A stretch of DNA of 61,435 nucleotides, counting the filler, from Squatina squatina (lineage: Eukaryota), in NCBI GenBank assembly GCA_031763465.1. It is 4 parts of 4 records of this genome, joined end to end, with 100 filler letters (N's around TTAATTAATTAA, not from the genome) between each part and the next. Parts side by side here need not be neighbours in the genome. Positions count along the whole stretch, not along the records: positions 46,392 to 61,435 come from JARFOE010000231.1; 3 more parts are not named here. One strand, given 5' to 3'. Below, piece after piece: positions 60,231 through 61,435 of this stretch; positions within the stretch are counted from its first letter, which is position 1, and every line of letters starts with the position of its first letter. Below the pieces are notes generated by a model. The model was not told the origin of the DNA, searched no databases, and saw nothing but the letters and a program-made list of their open reading frames with translations. The position numbers and the translations under genes were made by a program.

Positions 60231-61435
60231 CAGGTGTTTTTGCCAGGTATTAATTATTCTTTGCTTCCTGAAGTTTCCTTTAACAGTTTATAACATGATG
60301 TTGTCTTCACCCACAGTCATGACTTAATTTAAAAAATGCTCAAGACTGTCCTTTCCTAATCCATTTAGTATCTTAGAAACTTCTTTAATGTCCCTTCTCA
60401 TTCTCCTTTCTAGACTGAAGACTCCAGATTTCTTTTATAACCTTCCCCCCACCCCTCTCATAATTCAGTCCTCTGACACCAGGGATCAGCCACCTGCACT
60501 CAGACTGATATTTTTCCCTTGTAGTGACTGGGATACTTTCAGAACTCCCAGCGAGGTCTGATCAATGCACTCACTGTACCGCTTCAGCATGATGGCTCAG
60601 ATTTATACTTCTTTCCCCCCAGACTGGATAAAATAATTCTGATTCTATTTTCATTTGTTGCTTGACAATGACTGCCTCACAAGTTCTCCCGTAACCTCTC
60701 CCTGNNNNNNNNNNNNNNNNNNNNNNNNNNNNNNNNNNNNNNNNNNNNNNNNNNNNNNNNNNNNNNNNNNNNNNNNNNNNNNNNNNNNNNNNNNNNNNNN
60801 NNNNCCGGGTTTCTCCTCTCTACCTCTGTACGTCTCCTGCCCTTACGGAGTTTATGTGTTTGAATACGCCATACTTTTTTTCCCACTACTTTTTTGCAGA
60901 TGGTGACATGCAGACAACAGCTCCCTTTTAGGAGGTCACACGCCAGCTGACCGTAAACACCACCCTCAAACTTGTGGCACTGGCGCTGGTGCTGAAAATA
61001 CTTGGGGGAAGTTCTGTTGCAGTCTGCCTGAATCTGCAGAGTTTCAAAACCTATTCTTCACCTTGAACACGATGGATTTCAGCAACCGCACTAATTTACA
61101 GATGTAGTGACAGGAATCCGTATTGTTCAAAGCATCATTCATAAGTAATAATTTATAATTCTGGGGGGAAAAATGCAATGACTAACATTTGTGGAATTTA
61201 TTTTAGCATCTTTCTTATTTCCAAGATCAAAAACAAAATCTACACTTGAATATTAGTTGCATAGCAAGTTCACAGAAAATGTTGAACAGATGTTTTACAC
61301 ATAGTTTTGGCATCTTGTCGTAGAGAGATATATATTACATTCCTCTTCTTTGTAATAGGTCAGGACGATTTTTTTTCAAAAAGTTGGTTCTAACCTGAAT
61401 GTGCCTATAGCAGGAATGAGTGCACTGGTTGACGC

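Overview
Vertebrate genomic DNA, very probably a shark or other cartilaginous fish, judged from the repeat families (SacSINE1/DeuSINE-type SINEs, CR1 LINE 3' ends, Penelope-type terminal repeats, GC-rich Harbinger-type MITEs). The window is a fragmented draft scaffold: about 45 short contigs joined mostly by 100-N spacers, three of which carry a synthetic TTAATTAATTAA linker, so distances across gaps are not real and most genes are only partly present. Recognisable genes are a BAMBI-family exon, CA6 (exons 1, 2 and the terminal pentraxin exon of the non-mammalian CA6-PTX fusion), the last exon of GPR157, a complete pre-miR-34a hairpin, a SPRY-domain exon of SPSB1, and a Kir2.1/KCNJ2-like coding fragment that breaks into a 40-bp minisatellite. 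CA6-GPR157-MIR34A-SPSB1 match human 1p36.2 in order and orientation. The best leads are four unidentified, phase-compatible minus-strand exon candidates (46.9-50.9 kb), BAMBI-like and Kir2-like genes in an unexpected syntenic context, an intact MITE with TIRs and TSD, and a degenerate hammerhead-ribozyme core in a Penelope-type repeat. I found no convincing evidence of a wholly new biological system. All family assignments are from recall and need database confirmation.
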